Shown here piece by piece: positions 1-12,105 of a stretch of 41,920 nucleotides of DNA (the stretch's first letter is position 1; each line of letters begins with the position of its first letter). The DNA lies in the NCBI GenBank assembly GCA_000320545.1, contig ADNK01000123.1, positions 1 to 41,920 of the forward strand, written 5' to 3'. The notes below the pieces were generated by a model. It searched no databases and was not told the origin of the DNA. It saw nothing but the letters and a program-made list of their open reading frames with translations. Both the position numbers and the translations under genes were made by a program. The stretch is from Bigelowiella natans CCMP2755. Taxonomy: Eukaryota > Protista > Cercozoa.

Positions 1-99
1 TTCTTCCCTCTCATAGTCATGATACGTCCACCAGACGAGAAGGATGTCGTTTACTAACCTAGTATCATTGTCTGGTGAGGTGCTATAATCCATGCTTAG

Positions 100-470
100 G
101 TGGGCCACGGGTGCGGTGGAGTCGCTCTACCTTGGAGCGGATTGGGCCATAGTATCCAGGTGAGGCATCAATATCAGGGTGTGGCAGTCGTAGAAGAGAG
201 GTCTCATGATGAACATGTAGCTTATATGGTATTAAGTCTATGCTAACTTCATCAGGGATAGCCTGACGATGAGAATCCCAGGTACGGTAGCAGTTAGTAA
301 GCGTCTGCTTATATAAGCGCATGTTCTTATGAGCCACGTTGACCATAATGATCTTTTTCAATCAGGACAGCGTATCAGGACATCGTAATAGGTAAAACCA
401 TGAAAATCATTGTTCCGATAAACATGAATTAACAATAAAGCACAGTCTCTCTCTCTCTCTCTCTCTCCAC

Positions 471-508
<38 letters not shown>

Positions 509-522
509 ATATGTATACACAC

Positions 523-563
<41 letters not shown>

Positions 564-2219
564 ATTTTCACATTTGTTGTCAAAAATTCTGCCTCACTCA
601 TTCCCAAAATCGGGGGAGGAGGTGTGAAAGATATCGTTATTGTTTGGTGCATGCTACTTTGTTACCTTTGGACTGGAGATATCATCATGCTGTTTTTGTT
701 TTGGCTCATAAATTAACGCATATGCATATACGCTCTCACTTTCCTTCTCTTTTTGTTTTCAATGATGCGACCCCCCTCGTAGAGAAGACCCCCATTGCAA
801 CGGAAGTAATAAGTTGGTGCGCAATGTTTCCGAAGTTTCTCGCATGATAAAGAGACAAGTTTCAGAGGGATGGCAGGGCCACAGCCGTGCTACAACAACC
901 GAGGAAGCATTGAAGGAGATCTTTCAATCGAATCTGCACTCCTATCAGCTCCGAACCCTTCTGTACGTGTTGTAAAGAGAGAGAAAGAGAAGCATTTAAA
1001 GAGGGGGGGGAATAGAGAGACAGAGAATTAATGTCAAATTTATGGATCGTCACCAGTGGCGCGATTTAGTGTAGCCAGGCAATATAAATGTATGTTGCTA
1101 GCGTGCGTTTCAATGTTACTATATTGTAGATGGGCCCAGAGTATCGAGGCGGAAGTGACTGGAAATATCGTCTACAAAGTACCTGAAACCTTTCTTAAGC
1201 TTCCTGGTCGTGGGGAAGATTCTCCAGTTCTATTCGATTGGTGGAGGAAGGATGTCCGGCTAAGCGCTAGTAGTAGTAGTGGTAGTAGTGGTGGTGGCGG
1301 TACTTATGGCGGGAGGAGCAACAACCTGTTCTTTGGGTTCAAAGGTGGTATCATTGCAAATGAAATGGGGCTGGGAAAGACGCTAACGACTTTATCCCTG
1401 ATCTTGCTAGAGAGGCACAGGCGAATAAAAGCGCAGCAGCAGCAGCAGCAGCAGCAGCAGCACAAGGGGTCAACCCGTAGCAGCACCAGCAGCAGCAGCA
1501 GTAGTAGTAGTAGTGGTGGTAGTAGTAGTAAACAGGTTGAGCTAATTGAGAACCGAATCGCAACCCGATGTAGTTTGATTGTGTGTCCCTCCCATCTGGC
1601 GAAGCAGTGGAGAGATGAGGTTGCCAAGCACCTCAGGGCTGATTATCCCCACAAACCCAAGATCTACCTCGTTACCACTGCGCCCCAATTTTCCAAGCTC
1701 AGCGTTGAGGCTATTCAGAATGCGGACATAATCATCGCTTCTGTTCAGCTCTTGCTGAACTGGAAATACCACGCCATGGCTGGCTGCTCCATCAAGGCCG
1801 ATACAGAGCAGCGAATCGCGGCCTTTGACAACTACATTCGTGGCCCCACCTCTCACATGGGTCTAGGGATGTTCTTCTTCGATCGAATCGTTCTAGACGA
1901 GGGCCATGAGCTATTCTCATCGTCCCATGTTGCCAAGCACAAGACGACGGTTATCAGCGAGTTGATGGCGATAAAATCCAGGACGAGATGGTACCTCACT
2001 GGAACGCCCTTCACGGATACGATGCAGACCCCAAAGGGCGCGCTTCGCTTCATCTCCGCAAACTTTAATGATGAGCCGATCATCGAGGCAGACGATGATG
2101 ATAATGAGGGGGGGGAGAGCAGCATTCTTCTAACCCGGTTGGGGTCATTTCTAGATCATATGCTGTATTCACGCCTATTCTGTCGGTAGGTGTATACTAA
2201 TCATGCCATACTTCTTTGG

Positions 2220-2270
<51 letters not shown>

Positions 2271-4475
2271 CACACACATTTCTGGGTCAATTGCTGGGGC
2301 TCGTGGTAGTGCTGCTGCTGTATTATTCACGACTATAATTCTGTGTTGTAGGTATACCAAACTTAGCGTCAGAGACTGCTATCAAATACCGGACTACAAA
2401 ACCGAAATCGTAAAGTTGGCGATGCATCCCATAGAAAGAGCGATGTAATGAATTAGTAGTGTTAGTAGCTAGTGTAGTAGACGGTTCTCTTCTGTTCAAT
2501 GAGAGATATTATAGCGAAGAGGATTCGATAGTAGGGAAAGATGGTGATGATGATGATGATCTTGGTTAGCTATTATTAGCTAATTTTGCTGCTTCTCAGC
2601 TACATAAACTGCAAACTTCCTAACATTTTATCAACATCCAACAAATATCAGGCACGACTTGGCGGTACTGGAAGGCATGAACGACGACAAGATACGAGAA
2701 GTATGTGGTTGGCGATGCGTTGGAGATACGTTAGCAACAGATCTTCGCTCGAAACTCCGATTAAAGATTAGATCGTTGCGCCGTGATGTGCAGTACTTCG
2801 ATGCGAACGTGAGGAGTACAAGAAAGTCCATAGTGAAACTCAGCACGATTCTTAGCTCTGGTAGTATTTCTAGCTGGAGTTCTTCTGGGCGAGAGCTAAG
2901 AGCTTTAACGGAGGGGGAGAGAAAATTTGCTGAAAAGGAGTGCCGTAGGATGGAGAGGCTGCATGAACGCTCTAAAATGGACCGGGAAGCCATTGTACCC
3001 CGCATTCGGATGCTGATGTCGCTTGCAAAGAGATATATAGTTTCTTATGATGGAGAGTATCGTTATCATTCCACTCGATGGGATCATGATGAGAGATGTT
3101 ATCGATACGCTCTCCGCCTTACAAATGCGAGGCGTCGCATGGAACGCCACCTCTTTGGGACGAGCAGTAGTAAAAAGCTAGAACCTGCCACATTCCTCGA
3201 TTTGTACGTTTTCGCGAGGTCACATATTCACGGCAGCCGTCTCGACTCGTCTGAAGCTTGGGAGGATTATTACTCAGATCCTGAGAATATCCGGGAATTG
3301 AAGGAAGAGCTAGCAAGTGCGGCGGGGGGAGGAGGAGGAGGAGGAGGAGGAGGAGGAGGAGGAGGAGAGTATAAGACAGAGAAGGAGCTGAGGGTATTAG
3401 CCGGCGATGAAACGCACGAAGAAGAACTGATGCGACTGCTAGCACTAAGAAAATACTGCGACCCTTTTAATTTTGCTTTAGGTGAAGATATTGACAGGTA
3501 AAAGTAGTAGTTGTGGTAGTAGTAGTAGTAGTAGTAGTAAGTAGTAGTAGCTGTAGTAAATGGAAGCGATGATGGTTGCTGTCCTGAAAAATAGATACAT
3601 AAATAAAGATAATAGCTGTCGTCGTCGTCACCTCCCATGTCTCCTCCTCCTCCTCCTCCTCCTCCTCCTCCTCCTCCTCCTTCTCCTGCTCTCCTCTCCT
3701 TCTCCTGCTCTCCTCTCCCTTTATTCTTCATTCCGACTGACTGACTGACTGACTGACGATATTTAGGGGTTATTTTCATGCCACAATCACAGATCGGAAG
3801 ATGATCGGAGGTAATCCTGATGATTTTAACACTGGGCATTATTATAGACCGTTTTTCGGTGAGGATTATTACCGACCGATTCTTGAAGGAGGATTAGTGA
3901 GTGAGGAGTTAGATGTGCCCACTGCTGACAAATATACTGTGGGTACATACGAAGATCCAGAGGTTCAGAGTTATCTGAAGAACAGCAACATTGTTGAAGA
4001 GAATGGCTCTAAACTAGCCTATGTGATCGGAAAATTGAAAGAGCTACTAGCTAAACCAGAGTCGAGAATTATCTTATTCTCACAGTGGTCAATGATCTTC
4101 CAGAGATTGGTGGCGTTGCTGCGTAAAAACAGCATTCAGTTTGTCGAATGTAGGGGAAACGTACATATTCGTACGAAGGCGACGGAGAGATTCAATCGCA
4201 GCGACGATTGTAAGGTCATCATGCTATCCCTCGAGAATGCAGCTTCCGGTGCAAATCTTCAGAAAGCTTCTCATGTCATCCTCTTGGATCCTTGTCCAGG
4301 AACAAAAGAAGAGGCTGACGCCGTTGAATCTCAGGCGATTGGAAGGGCTCATCGCCAGGGTCAAGAAAAAAGACTTACTGTGATCCGAATTGTAATGAAA
4401 GATACAATCGAGGAACAGTTGCTTGAGCGAAAAGAAGAAGTCTCAACTTGGAGGGTCGAGAAGATGAGCAATTGA
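100..4475 (+). CDS. SNF2-family DNA helicase/translocase, Rad5/SHPRH-like; 5' partial, multi-exon
   Basis: Manually spliced GT-AG exons: 100-159, 256-286, 366-391 (tentative), 783-962, 1130-2185, 2352-2444, 2652-3497, 3767-4475. Motifs: Q-motif LHSYQLRTLLW across the 962/1130 junction, Walker A GGIIANEMGLGKT, Ia SLIVCPSHLAKQW, Walker B RIVLDEGH, III RWYLTGTP, HELICc IILFSQW, SGANLQKASHVILLDP and QAIGRAHRQGQ. Confidence 0.9.
446..560. repeat. Compound microsatellite (TC)n-(CA)n-(TA)n in intron
   Basis: Directly visible. Confidence 0.95.
2221..2269. repeat. (TA)n intronic microsatellite
   Basis: Directly visible. Confidence 0.95.
3735..3757 (+). repeat. (GACT)n tetranucleotide repeat just upstream of the splice acceptor at 3765-3766
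   Basis: GACTGACTGACTGACTGACTGAC, which creates tandem CTGAC branch-point-like motifs. Confidence 0.85.
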
Positions 4476-5265
4476 TGACGATTATCTTTGATTTAATCGT
4501 AATTCGTTGCATGCGCATAGAAATTAAATTTAAATTGAGTCATCCACGATGATTGCATGGACAAAAGGTCTAATGAATGAATCAGTTCGCACTGTGAATT
4601 CTCATCATACCACTGTTCACCACACCACTCTTCTTTTGCAAAGTCCTGTCGTTTCAAAAGCCGCGCACTTTCCAACTGACTTCACCCCCTTCTCTGAAAT
4701 GTGCTTCCATGCTTTCTTCGATTCTATCATTTTGCACGCATCAATTGCCTAACCCCGGTGCTTTCAGCCCGCGGCACCAATCAAGCAATGAGCATTACTT
4801 CTAGACTCGTGTTATTTGCACATCTAGACATGCATGGGAGTTAGTTATGTGTGCAAGTTACCCAGTTACCCAGACACACTTCATGCTGCAAAATCTGCAA
4901 TGCGAAATAGAAGGCATGCACACAGAAACATCATGTCAAGATGTGCCACATGTAGCGGCGTGCGCGAGGTGCAAATGTTACTTGTTGTCTGAACCGACGT
5001 GCACAAGTATTCATACCCACACATGCGATGACATTTAAACAAATTTAATTGATTCATTACATCCGTCTTACACACATGCACACACTGTGCTCAAGATTGT
5101 GAACGAACATTATAATGGACTTTATGTCTCTTATAATTTTACGCTCATCATCACACCTTAATGTGTCACATTTGCTCAGTAACTAGAGAAGGATGCATGC
5201 GCTATCCACTCACCACATGCATTGTAGCATGGCCTAATTACCTGCTTATACACTACTAGATGGTA

Positions 5266-6501
5266 CTACTGCCCCTTAGAAATCATTGAAAATGCATTGA
5301 AGCTTCCAGTTGCATCGTCATCTTCATCTTCATCTTCATCTTCATCTTCATCTTCATCTTCATCTTCCTCCTCCTCCTCCTCCTCCTCCTCCTCAGTATT
5401 GTTAATGATCGGCGTCTTATTTCTATCATCTCTTCCTCCTCGTCCTCGCATGACCCGGCGTAGCCTGCGCAGTCTCTCAACGCGTCTCCTCTCCCCCTCC
5501 TCCTCCTCCTCCTCATCTCCATTTCCGTCTTTTCTCTCTCCACCCTCCTCCTCCTCATCATCATCATCATCATCATAGCCATCTTTATCCACTGGGGAGT
5601 GTTGCCTGACGAACGTAAGATGGACTGACAACAACAGCCCACTCCTTTCGGGAAGGGGGAGCTGGAGGGGGGAGGGTATCGTGGTTAAGGCTTTCGTCGG
5701 AGTCATTCCCTTTATGTTGGTATCCTTCCTCTCGATTGCTGCCGACCCCAGCGCTTCCCGGAGCGCGCCGACTAAATGACCGCACTCGTAATTTGGATGA
5801 TGGAATATTCGAAACGAGAAGACGGAGGGGGATGCTGCACAGCTTCCCTCGCTATGATAGCCGCTGTTACCACTGCCACCATGCCTACTATTACTATTAC
5901 CACTGCTGCTGCTGCTGCGAATAGTTTGGATTATCTGCTTCACGGTCTTCGGCACCAACTGCTTAAGCAATTGATTCGAGCGTTGCCAATCCTCCTCCTC
6001 CTCCTCCTCCTCCTCCTCCTCCTCCTCCTTTTGCTTCTTCAATATCACGTTGCTCATGCTGCCCTGCCTGTCAACGGCAATAGTTGTAAATGATGACACG
6101 TACCTGCCATTGCGCGTCTTGCACACATCGGTCTTGATGCTCCACAACAGCGGTGCCGAGGATGGCGATGATGATGATGACGATGATGGTGATGATGACG
6201 ACTGTGCAAATATCCCCTTATCAACGGCGGTTTGTCGCAGCCTCCACATCATGCCGTTGCTGCTCCCTGTTCGCATCTTCTTGACGAAGTCATTCGTCAC
6301 AGCAATAGCTTGTACCTCAACGCGCCCACCCCTTGGTATCGACGAGACTGGAATATACAACGTCTGGATATGACCCCCCCCCGCTCCTCCACCTCCTTCT
6401 CCTCCCTCCTCCTTGCCTAGGAGTCTCACAATCGCTTTCTTGTACGCGGTCTGAACGGCGCTCAGAGTCATCTTCTGTTGTCGATGCTCCTTGCCATCAC
6501 T

Positions 6502-6538
<37 letters not shown>

Positions 6539-9523
6539 CCGTCGCTACAGCACCAAAAGACGACTAGCGTTACACAGTTGCTAATCTTTGAACCCATAAC
6601 ACGAAGTACCGATTCACAATGCTGAAGACATCGTGACATCTCAAACGCAAGATCCAGCTCCGTCACCAATGTATTCCTACTCCCCCTCTCCCCCCCCCCC
6701 TCCTTCCCTTCCACCTCGCCTTCGTCGTCATCACTGCCGTCGTGTTGTTGTTGGTGGTAGGTCCTCCTCTCCCTGCTTCTTCGCTGCTTCGTGTCGTTAA
6801 TGCCATTGCTGCCCCGAATCATCTTCATCGTGGGGGGATCCAATGCGATTTGGCCGGCAAGAAAGAGCAGCCCTGCCTTCTCCAAGAGGTTGGCTTGAGC
6901 ATAAGGGCCTATGCAAGCTGGCGCCCACTCAGAGATGCTCCTCACGTGCAGCACGCGCCGTCTGCCCTTGCTCGCGCAAACTTCGATTCGAACACGAACC
7001 TTTGGTGGGGGGAGGACGTGGCAGATTTTAGGAAAGTTGGGGAGTTTGTGGCGTTCGTCATCGTTGAAACGGGGGGGGAGAGAGCGAGGAAAAGAAGAAG
7101 AAGGAGGAAAAGGAGGAGGAGGGAAAGGAGGGAGAGAATAGCGAGGACTAATATGGACGAAATGAATATACGGTATTGTACATGTAGACATAATATAAAG
7201 GGGTGAAAAGACAATAAAGTCTCCGCTACGAGGTAATCTTCTTACTCCTTCCGGCAGTGGCATTTGGACGCAGCACCGGGACGGAGCGTCGACGGGAGCC
7301 AAGTGCTTCACATAGGCGCTATTGACGGCCTTTTCACACAAACACACACACACACACACACACAGTAACATCAGGGTAGTTGTTCCAAAGCATAAACAAA
7401 GACAACCCAACATTAACGACGACAACACTAGGACAGACCCAAAAACCATGATATGCGCATGCATGCTTGTTGACACATTGGTATCTTCTCAGTCTTCCCC
7501 CACACCCCACAGCAGCAGCAGCAGCAGGAGCAGCTGATGATGATGATGATGCTGATGATGATACCTTGAAGTCCTTGAGGTCTTGGAGATAAATATGGAC
7601 GTAAAAGACATCACGGATGGAGAACCACTCCCGATTGGTGCTATTGTGCTCGTCATTTCCATCATCATCATCATCATCTTCTCCTTCTTCTTCTTCCGTC
7701 TTCTTCTGCTCCTTCCGGTCGTCGTCGTCGTGTTGTTTCCCCCCTTTCTCGCAGCAACTGTTTCGTGTGCAGAATCGACTCAGCTCCAGCTTCAGTCGTT
7801 GCATCGCCTCGTGCATCAACTCCCCAATATCGTCGGAGGAGGAGGATGATGATGATTGCTTTGATCTCCCCTCACCATGTAAGTATATCACCTAGCCAGA
7901 AGATGATGGTTTATGGGCATCGCACAGGCAATGGAATGATTTAATTCTAGATGTTTACCTCATCAACCCCTACTTCAATTGGCACTTGGGCGCTTGCTCT
8001 GTCGCCCTCGTAACTCTTCGTTCTCTCCTCCTCGTCGTCAACAAGACTCTCTGAGAGAATGAGAGAAAGGATGAACATGTAGGACGCTCAGCCTTTTGTA
8101 CAATAAGAGCTGCATCCTGCCGTCGCGTTTACCTGCCTGATATCTCCTCTTGGTCCTTTTCACGTCGCCCTTCTTCGGCGTCGTGGGACTCTGTCCGTCC
8201 CCTTTAACCACATGTCCTTTTAGCGACGTGCGTTTCTCCCCCCCCCCGCCCTTTGGTATGAGCGAGACATCTTCGATGCGAAGGAGCGCAACGGGGGCTA
8301 TATCAGTGGTAAGATCTCCCACGAGCGTTGACTTGTTGATTTGGATGGTTTTGCGGAAGAATGGACAATCTAGCGTGAGCGTTTCATATTCACCGCCCTC
8401 ACCACACGGATGACACCTATAAAAAAAGGGAACCCAGCAAACAGCCTTAGAGGAAAAGGAGGAGGAGAAGGAGGAGGAGGAGGATGAGGAGCTGACGGCA
8501 TGAAGCACCACAGTTTCACAAACGATGAGGACTCTCTAGAGCACACACCCCATATCTTTGAACTCCCCGGTGAGAAAGGGGTATAAGTCTTTCAGGCTCT
8601 TTCCAAGATGCTTATGAGGATTAAGTCCCATAGAAGCCACTTTAACTAGTACTGCATCGATACCGGCATCAAACACCATTTCTCTCAGCAAATCAGACTG
8701 ATCGCGTTGCCACAGGTACGCCAAGCTGACAAGCCCGAGCCGGTCACATACATTTTCCACACGGTTTCTCTGATAATTAGAGAGAATTGCGCCGGAGCAC
8801 ACGCATTTGATGGACGGCAGTGCCTTAGTGACCTAATATTGTTTGTCATTGTTGTTATTCACAAGATTGGAAGAATAGATTCAAATTCATTGGGTTGTCT
8901 TTAGATAGAGGCGTATTGCCCGCTGCGACATATTTGGCGCGCAACAATAAGACCTCTTCGAGGAGAATATGTAAGTCTTCGACTTCGTCTAGCAAAAGCT
9001 CTCTGCCCTTTTGTTTTTCCGCCAACGAGGAGGCCGAATATTGCAACTGGTGGTTGGAAAGAGAATACGTGTTACCCCCCACAGTGAATTTTTCCGATGG
9101 GAAATTGAAGGACCTGCGTGTTGATCGGCTTGCCCTTTATCTTGCGCTGGAAGAGAGGTACACCGATGGCTTCGGCTATGGTCTATATGGAGGATGTAAA
9201 TGCATGATCTTGAATAACTTCAGCACAGAATTTTGGAAAAAATGATCAAGCACTATACTATAACTTTGATGACCAACACCTTGATGATGCTATGGCCGAC
9301 TGTCTGGTACATGTAGCTGTCAACCTAACGTGGTTGATCGGGATTAACAAGAATTGGATGATGGAGCGGAACGGCTGTATCAAGTCCTAGCTACAACCTC
9401 GTCATGTTCAGTATTCTCAGGGATAAGGTTTGCGATGGCGACGATCCGGTGGCCATACTGCTGGCTCTTCAGAATCGCCATGCAGCTGTCCTTGCCACCA
9501 CTTACAAGCGCGACGGCCTCCAT
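5266..9523 (-). CDS. DPH6: Diphthine--ammonia ligase (diphthamide synthetase) with two C-terminal RidA/YjgF-like domains and an acidic tail
   Basis: ATG at 9523 gives MEAVALVSGGKDSC (PP-loop). Exons 9398-9523, 9280-9324 (VDSYMYQTVGH), 9114-9182, 8954-9046 (DEVEDL), 8549-8832 (SGAILSNYQRNRVENVC..LAYLWQRDQ), ~8133-8416 (HPCGEGGEYETLTLDCP). YjgF-like segments follow: VHIYLQDLKDFK/AVNSAY..APSRCCV and LHVRSISEWAPACIGPYAQA..AGQIALDP. Stop at 5266. Middle exon boundaries are approximate. Confidence 0.93.
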
Positions 9524-9724
9524 TTCCCAGGAGAGCTCGGATTTCGAAGAAGACGTAAAAACCGGGATTTAGTATAAATCACCGGGATAAAATGATAAAG
9601 AACGGTTGGAGATCAGTTGGAGATTGGTGGAGATATCTAGGATTTCCTCAAGACTCATATTCGCTCGCCTCCCCCTGTCGTTGTGACGTGTCAGGAGGGA
9701 GATATCCACCCGCATACAAGAAAG
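9524..9724. promoter_or_regulatory. Putative bidirectional promoter, DPH6/JmjC
   Basis: About 200 bp between divergent ATGs. Contains ACCGGGAT twice (9561, 9581), TGGAGAT three times at 10-11 bp spacing (9605-9634) and TGACGTGTCA (9684-9693). Confidence 0.55.
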
Positions 9725-10431
9725 ATGGCTCGGATGGCCAGGGCCCTAGTGGTCTATTGCCAAGTCATCCTTCCGCTTGCCGCCGCGCCACTCTCCACGG
9801 ACACCTGCATTCTTGAAAGAACGCACAACTCGGTAGTAGTTTTCGTGCTTCGTTTGAGCAGTCGCACTGATCAATTTAGGAAAAATTGATGGTCGATCTT
9901 GTAACCCCCCGCCCCCTTTCTGCGTGTGTGTTTCATACTCAACCCAGTTGGTCAGAGATATGGACTGCTTCAAGGCCAAGAACAAGGCTTTCTACGAAGG
10001 TAACCGCAGGCATTCATCCATCAAGAATACATACGCACACGTATGCTTTCGTTTATAAATTAGACAAGCTGAGAAAGTACGAACCTGGCACTTCTGCAGA
10101 CAAATCCGTCTGTAACGTGCACAGCTGCAACGCCACCAGCTACTCCCTTAGGGAGCAGGTATCGCAACAACAAAAGATAAGTAAATAATGGGGGAGGGAC
10201 AGAGAAGAAAAGGAAGGTAGAGAGGAAAGGAGGGAGCTCACAACAAAGCATATATACATCTCAGGACCCTCAAAAGTATAAGGGCCACCTCGACTACTTC
10301 GGAAAGCAGGTCACTGTAAGAAAATCATCTTCGTTTGCTCACGCGGGCAGGTTTCGATTCATTTTTGTCATTATTACCGACCCCAACTTCTGGTGATAGT
10401 CTACTGCCAAGCTCACTCTCACACACAGATA

Positions 10432-10482
<51 letters not shown>

Positions 10483-10944
10483 GTGTGTGTGTGTGTGTGG
10501 TGTGTCGTCATCATCGTCATCGTCGTTTTAGGGCCAAGTAGATCCTGGGATCGAGGAAGTGGAGGGATGTATGGAGCCAGACGTCTTCCTCAAAGAGTAA
10601 TACTCACTATGTGTATGTGCAGTGTATGTGTATCTCTATGTATAGTGTAAGTTTGAGTATATATATGTGTGTGTGTGTGTGTGTGTCTGCGCGCGCGCAT
10701 GCGTGCTGTGGCGTTATGTGGCGTGATTTATATCATCATCACCAATATCAGTACAAGCACCTCCACAATCATCATCATCATCAGTATTAATGCTCATCAT
10801 CGTCAGATATGTCTATCGGCACAAGCCAGTAGTCATGCGTGGGTGTATGCACATGGATGGCGGTCTTCCTGATAAATGGACGGATGAATACTTCATGAGC
10901 TTTGAGGAAATTCGTGCGTGGAAACCTATCGTAGAAACGGTGAT

Positions 10945-10985
<41 letters not shown>

Positions 10986-12070
10986 GCACAGTAGAGCACA
11001 ATACAACACACACATGCAACCACTATACACAACATACACACGCAACTACTATACACAACACAACACAACACAACACAACGCGCACGCAACCACTACACAT
11101 ACACTGAAGGTATAGTGGTAATCCTGCCTGAACGTTTCCTTATTCGTCCTCTCATTATTACTTCGATTTAATCGTTAATCAGCAAAAGACGATTAGTCGC
11201 AACGACAGGGGTCCGCATGTATTCAACATGACGTTTGAGGAGTTCTTAGGAAGGTATTACAATATAAGACGAGAGAAGAACAAATTAGTAGATGGGGGAA
11301 GGGAGGGCAGGAGAGAGGAAGAGAGAAAGAGAGAGGGAGATAAGATATAGATTGACATAGCTGACAGAAACTTTCACATTATCCCATTTTTCTTCTTCTT
11401 CTTCCTTTTTGTGCACATTTTCCACTTTTCACGACTCTCTTTCTGGCTGGTCTTGTTCTCATCCCCCCCCCCCCCCCCCCTCTCTCCCTCTTACATCTCT
11501 CTCCAGATACCACGACGATCCATACTACGTCATAAATTCTATAGATCCAGAACGTCTCCGGTTTTGTGCGAATCCTTTAGAAAGAAAAAAAAGTTTCATT
11601 TCAATCAACTTCGACTTTCCGAGCTCACATCTATCTATAATTCTTTGAGGGTTTCTGGGGAATATATGGAAAATATAAAAAGTTGTTCTATTTTGAAAGT
11701 CTGTTATGTATGTGTGTGTGTGTGTGTGTGTGCACGCGCATTTAATACGCTATCTGACACCAAGATAACGGTGCATTAGATTGCTTAAAAGACATCATTA
11801 TTCTCTTCCCTGCCACCGTCTCAATTCTCATTATCACAACCTGTTTGTTCGTCTCCACTCTCCTCCTGCAAATCATTATGATTGTTGTCTTCGTAGCCGA
11901 GACTTCAAGATCCCGCGACCGATGCTCTGCGAGCGGACGCTCCGACAGATCGACGACTTTCACATGTGGTTTAGCAGCGGCGCCACTGAGTCCTCGCAGC
12001 ACTTTGATACGCATGATAACCTCCTCGGCATGATCGACGGCAGCAAGCAGGTGCTTGGTGTGAGGAAGTT

Positions 12071-12105
<35 letters not shown>

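Noticed and set aside
1-400. Stop-riddled reading frame suggesting a RIP-like pseudogene or stop-codon reassignment
   Set aside because: Resolves into short exons (100-159, 256-286, 366-391) with GT-AG introns and a CTAAC branch point, joining the SNF2 gene in frame.
2652-2660. His instead of the usual Tyr (ERAMHD) in SNF2 as a TAC-to-CAC edit
   Set aside because: Single site with no outgroup, so it cannot be told from ordinary divergence.
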